A DNA stretch of 11,945 nucleotides from Gemmatimonadaceae bacterium (GTDB lineage Bacteria; Gemmatimonadota; Gemmatimonadetes; Gemmatimonadales; Gemmatimonadaceae). The stretch covers positions 1 to 11,945 of the forward strand of contig JBGAJQ010000099.1 in the NCBI GenBank assembly GCA_044224875.1, written 5' to 3'. The position numbers and the translations under genes were made by a program. Below, piece after piece: positions 8,144 to 11,945 of this stretch; position 1 is the first letter of the stretch; each line of letters starts with the position of its first letter. The notes under the pieces were generated by a model. The model was not told the DNA's origin and did not search any database. It saw only the letters and a program-made list of their open reading frames with translations.

Positions 8144-8277
8144 ATCGAGTCTCTGTATTAGGGCCCTAACACCCGCCCGTGTGCTCCTAATCCACTCTCT
8201 GCGTCACTGCTCTCAGCACCTCGGATGCGTCCCGTTGCAGCCGTCGGTCACGTGGTTCACGACGGGGATGGCAGCGG

Positions 8278-9258
8278 TCAGTCCCGGTACATCACCTTCT
8301 TCACTGCGGCAATCGTCCGCGCGGCATCAGGCTTGGCGGCTCGCTCGAGATTCTTCGCGTACGGCATCGGCACGTCCACCTGGTGTACGCGCAAGACCGG
8401 TGCATCCAGGTCGTCAGCACCTGCTGCGACATGCAATCGGCGACCCGCGCGCCGACTCCGTAGATCTCCCACCTCTTCCTCGAGCACTACCGCCCGGTTG
8501 GTCTTCTTCACCGAGGCCACGATGGCGCCAACATCCATCGGCCGAATCGTCCGGAGGTCTACCACGTCCAGCCGTATGCCTTCCTTGGCCAGCGCGTCGG
8601 CCACCTGCAACGCGAGGAGTACCGACTTGCCATAGGTGATGAGCGAGCAATGGTCACCCTCGCGCTTTACCTCGGCCTGCCCAATCGGCACGATGTACTC
8701 CTCGGCCGGCACCTCTCCCTTGGTGTTGTAAAGCATCTCGCCTTCGAGCATCACCACCGGATTATCGTCGCGAATGGCGCTCTTCAGCAGGCCCTTGGCG
8801 TCATGCGGCGTGCCTGGCGACACCACCTTGAGACCCGGGATATGGGCGAGCCACGACTCCCACGCCTGCGAGTGCTGCGCCGACAGCTGCAAGGCAGCCC
8901 CATTGGGGCCGCGGAACACGATCGGGATATGAAACTGCCCGCCCGACATATACAGCATCTTGGCGGCCGCGTTCACGACCTGGTCCAGGGCCAACAGCGC
9001 AAAATTCCACGTCATGAACTCGATGACCGGACGCAGCCCGACCATCGCGGCGCCAACGCCAACGCCAGCGAAGCCCAGTTCGGTGATGGGCGTGTCGACG
9101 ACGCGCATCTCGCCGAACTCCTGGAGCAATCCCTTGGAGACTTTGTACGCCCCCTGGTACACGGCGACCTCCTCTCCCATGAGGCACACGCGATCGTCGC
9201 GCTGCATCTCTTCACGGAGGGCCTGGTTCAGGGCGTCGCGATACGTAAGAACGGGCAT
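8278..9258 (-). CDS. pdhB: Pyruvate dehydrogenase E1 beta subunit (with an internal compensated frameshift at ~8416-8475)
   Basis: Motifs MPVLTYRDALNQALREEM, GEEVAVYQGAYKVSKGL, DTPITELGFAG, EFMTWNF, SAQHSQ, DLRTIRPMD and DVPMPYA. ATG at 9258 gives 326 aa. The ORF-track extension to 9378 overlaps pdhA. Confidence 0.95.
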   Translation of the reverse strand: MPVLTYRDALNQALREEMQRDDRVCLMGEEVAVYQGAYKVSKGLLQEFGEMRVVDTPITELGFAGVGVGAAMVGLRPVIEFMTWNFALLALDQVVNAAAKMLYMSGGQFHIPIVFRGPNGAALQLSAQHSQAWESWLAHIPGLKVVSPGTPHDAKGLLKSAIRDDNPVVMLEGEMLYNTKGEVPAEEYIVPIGQAEVKREGDHCSLITYGKSVLLALQVADALAKEGIRLDVVDLRTIRPMDVGAIVASVKKTNRAVVLEEEVGDLRSRRAGRRLHVAAGADDLDAPVLRVHQVDVPMPYAKNLERAAKPDAARTIAAVKKVMYRD

Positions 9259-9299
9259 GGTGTTCGTCAGGTCGAGGCGAAAGGGCGAGGAGGGCGGCG

Positions 9300-10316
9300 T
9301 TAGGTGGTCGTGTCCACGAGCACGTATTCCCCGAGACTTTCCAAGGGGGGCTCGGGACTCGCCTCGGCGAAGTCCCACGCGTCCTGGACCTCGGCTTTGA
9401 CGTCATCGTCGAGCGCCGTCATGCCGGCGTCGTCGATCTCACCCGCGTCCTGCATGCGCATACGCAAGACCATGATCGGATCGCGTTTCATGTATTCCTC
9501 CAGCTCCGCCTTGCTGCGGTACGTGCCGCTGACGGCATCGGACATGGAGTGACCCATGAAGCGATAGGTGCGAACCTCGAGCAGCGTCGGCAATGACTGG
9601 GTGCGGGCGCGCTGAACGGCCTCTGCCACCTTGTCGCGGACGGCGAGGACATCCTGTCCATCAACCACGTCCCGCGTCATGTCGTAGGCTGCGCCGCGTT
9701 GGTAGATGTCGTGAATGGCGGACGCACGCTCGAGCGCGGTGCCCATGCCGTAGCGATTGTTCTCGATGACGTAGATGACCGGCAGCTTCCACAAGCCAGC
9801 CATGTTGAGCGCCTCGTGAAACGCGCCCGTATTCACGACAGACTCGCCCATGAAGCAAAGGCACACCTGGTCGCCACCGCGATACTTGATGGCAAATCCG
9901 ACGCCGGTCGCGAGGGGGACGTGCCCGCCAACGATGCCATGCCCGCCCAGGAAGTTGGTGTTCAGGTCAAACAGGTGCATGGAGCCGCCCCGGCCGCGTG
10001 CGCAGCCATCGGCACGTCCGAACAGCTCCGCCATCACAGCCCGCGGAGCAATACCCCGCGCCAGCGCCTGGCCGTGGTCCCGGTACGTGGTGATGACGTA
10101 GTCATCTTCGCGAAGCATGGAGATGGCGCCCGTGCCGCACGCTTCCTGCCCGATGTAGAGATGACAGAAGCCACCGATCCTGCCTAACGCGTAGGCTTCC
10201 GCGCAGCGTTCCTCGAATCGGCGCTGCAACAGCATGGAGCGCAGGAGGGTGCGGCGTTCATCGGCCGTGGTGGCATGCGCGGGCTGGGACTTGGCGTCCG
10301 CTTTACGCTTCGACAT
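9300..10316 (-). CDS. pdhA: Pyruvate dehydrogenase E1 alpha subunit
   Basis: Motifs GFCHLYIGQEA, TYRDHG, GRGGSMH, GGHGIVG, a ThDP-binding motif variant GES-x26-NN, and the active-site loop YRFMGHSMSD. Confidence 0.96.
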   Translation of the reverse strand: MSKRKADAKSQPAHATTADERRTLLRSMLLQRRFEERCAEAYALGRIGGFCHLYIGQEACGTGAISMLREDDYVITTYRDHGQALARGIAPRAVMAELFGRADGCARGRGGSMHLFDLNTNFLGGHGIVGGHVPLATGVGFAIKYRGGDQVCLCFMGESVVNTGAFHEALNMAGLWKLPVIYVIENNRYGMGTALERASAIHDIYQRGAAYDMTRDVVDGQDVLAVRDKVAEAVQRARTQSLPTLLEVRTYRFMGHSMSDAVSGTYRSKAELEEYMKRDPIMVLRMRMQDAGEIDDAGMTALDDDVKAEVQDAWDFAEASPEPPLESLGEYVLVDTTT

Positions 10317-10376
10317 GGAATACGGGAGTAAGGACAGTGGACGGCATAGGCGATGGCCGGCGGACGGAACGCCCGG

Positions 10377-11285
10377 CTACACGCCGGCAGCCTGGACTTG
10401 TTCCCACGCGTGATAGCTCGACCGCACGAGTGGCCCGGCCTCGACGTGGCGGAAACCGAGCTGCATCCCGATGTCGCGGAGTTCACGGAACTCCTCGGGC
10501 GAGTAGTATCGATCCAGCGGTAGGTGATCGTTGGAAGGGCGGAGGTACTGGCCTAACGTGAGAATATCGACGTCGACGGCACGCAGGTCGCGCATCACGG
10601 CCACTACTTCTTCCGCGGTCTCTCCCAGGCCAAGGATGATGCCTGTCTTCGTTGGCACCTGCGGCGCAATCTGCTTGGCGACACGGAAGATCTGCATCAC
10701 GCGCTCATACCGGCCGCCCGGGCGCGCCCGCTTGTAGAGCCGCGGTACCGTCTCGGTGTTGTGATTGTAGATGTCCGGTCGCGCCTCGAGCACTGCGCGG
10801 ATCGACGATTCGTTGCCCTGAAAGTCCGGGACCAAGACCTCGATCGAGCAGCTTGGGCGCTGGGCTCGTACCTGACGAATCGTCTCCGCGAAAATCCACG
10901 CACCGTAGTCCGGCAGGTCGTCGCGATCGACGGAGGTTATCACGGCATGCTGAAGCTGCATTTCGGCGATGGCCGCCGCGACGCGGGACGGTTCCGCCGT
11001 GTCATACTCCGGCGGTCGTCCGTGCGAAACAGCGCAGTACCCGCAGTTCCTCGTGCAGACGTCGCCCAGGATCATGAAGGTCGCCGTCCCGTGTTCCCAG
11101 CACTCTCCCACGTTCGGACAGTGCGCTTCCTCGCAGACCGTGTGCAGCTTCAGGTCGCGCATGAGGTGCCGAAGGCGCGCGTAGTTGGCGCCACCCGGTG
11201 CCTTCACTTTGAGCCAGGAGGGCTTGCGTTCCGGGAGCGGGGCGGCTCGTCGCCTACCCATGATCTGGTACAGGACTTCACCCAT
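10377..11285 (-). CDS. lipA: Lipoyl synthase LipA (radical SAM)
   Basis: RKPSWLKVK, auxiliary-cluster motif CEEAHCPNVGEC (Cx4Cx5C), radical-SAM CTRNCGYC (Cx3Cx2C), VITSVDRDDL, HNTETVPRL and C-terminal RSSYHA. The likely start is the ATG at 11285 (MGEVLYQIMG, 302 aa) rather than the ORF-track start at 11393. Confidence 0.96.
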   Translation of the reverse strand: MGEVLYQIMGRRRAAPLPERKPSWLKVKAPGGANYARLRHLMRDLKLHTVCEEAHCPNVGECWEHGTATFMILGDVCTRNCGYCAVSHGRPPEYDTAEPSRVAAAIAEMQLQHAVITSVDRDDLPDYGAWIFAETIRQVRAQRPSCSIEVLVPDFQGNESSIRAVLEARPDIYNHNTETVPRLYKRARPGGRYERVMQIFRVAKQIAPQVPTKTGIILGLGETAEEVVAVMRDLRAVDVDILTLGQYLRPSNDHLPLDRYYSPEEFRELRDIGMQLGFRHVEAGPLVRSSYHAWEQVQAAGV

Positions 11286-11349
11286 CGGAGGTTGCCTGAG
11301 CAGAAGAATGCCCGCGACCTGCAAGCGGGCCAACCTATGGTGCGGCCGC

Positions 11350-11355
11350 AATCTA
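11350..11355 (-). promoter_or_regulatory. Candidate -10 hexamer (TAGATT) for the lipA-pdhABC operon
   Basis: TAGATT on the minus strand ~65 nt upstream of the lipA ATG. It abuts the perfect palindrome TGCGGCCGCA (11341-11350). No clear -35 element. Confidence 0.35.
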
Positions 11356-11385
11356 GACCTAAGTCTCGGCAGCGACCAGAACGAT

Positions 11386-11415
11386 GTAACCAATGAATAC
11401 TACATTGATGGTTAC
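11386..11415. promoter_or_regulatory. AT-rich inverted repeat, candidate operator upstream of lipA
   Basis: GTAACCA (11386-11392) is the reverse complement of TGGTTAC (11409-11415). A nested CAATG/CATTG pair lies at 11391-11395 and 11403-11407. The element sits in a strongly AT-rich island (11385-11437). Confidence 0.45.
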
Positions 11416-11945
11416 GTATTCGATTTCTATTTTCAACAGGTCGGTTGTCGCGACCGGCGCGCGGGTTCGCGCTCGCCGATCCACGTGATCACGGCGAGGA
11501 TCGGGTCCCTGCGACCACCGACTCCCTAATTGGCGGTCGGTGCTACTCAGTCCGAACGTTCGGCCAGGTCGGATCGAGCTCGGGGCCAGCACGGCGCTAT
11601 GGGAGCCTCAACCGTGGCTCGTCTGCCGAGTGCCCGACCGTCACGGGTACGCCGACCATGGCCGCCAGTCGGGGCACGCCGCCGCCGCCTATTCAAAGCC
11701 TGCCGTTAGCGTCAGGAAATCGTCAGGCGCAACGCTGCGGTGGTGCGGGGCACCGTCAGGCGTGCCAGCTGTGCGTCGGCGATTCCACGGGTTGGGGCGC
11801 CGGTAGCCGCCACACTCGCTGGACGTCATGCGTAGGAACAAGCAGAATCCGTGAGGGCCGGTACGGGTCGTTGAAACCCGATCTTTGGGCCGGTCGTAGT
11901 GACGCCAGAACTTGAATTGGAGACCTGAGAAAATGCTCCGCACCG

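Noticed and set aside
646..11396. Many long antisense or alternate-frame ORFs (e.g. 646-1473, 1771-2688, 7923-8639, 8650-9303, 10761-11396)
   Set aside because: They are shadow ORFs of well-supported minus-strand genes, expected from GC-rich codon usage.
11895..11945. TAGTGACGCCAGAACTTGAATTGG... as a possible insertion-sequence end
   Set aside because: No partner inverted repeat, target duplication or transposase is visible in the window. It needs the sequence to the right to test.

Overview
GC-rich bacterial DNA that is mostly a housekeeping pyruvate dehydrogenase / lipoate cluster on the minus strand: lipA - pdhA (E1 alpha) - pdhB (E1 beta) - pdhC (E2) - [insert] - lpdA (E3) - lipB. The proteins resemble Gemmatimonadota orthologues as I recall them; this is unverified. 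Between E2 and E3 lies a ~4.2 kb accessory segment. It holds a 1080-aa predicted lipoprotein (six tandem ~86-aa beta-rich repeats, a CARDB-like motif, and a metzincin HExxHxxGxxH protease domain, probably M66-like) and a convergent small DUF3303-like gene. pdhB has a 20-codon compensated frameshift that is most likely a sequencing or assembly error. Both window ends (1-438 and 11286-11945) have no credible ORF and contain several dyads and hairpins. I found no rRNA, tRNA, CRISPR array, transposase or integrase, and no convincing new multi-gene system. The best leads are the repeat-stalked surface metalloprotease, the hairpin over its ribosome-binding site, and the non-coding elements upstream of lipA.
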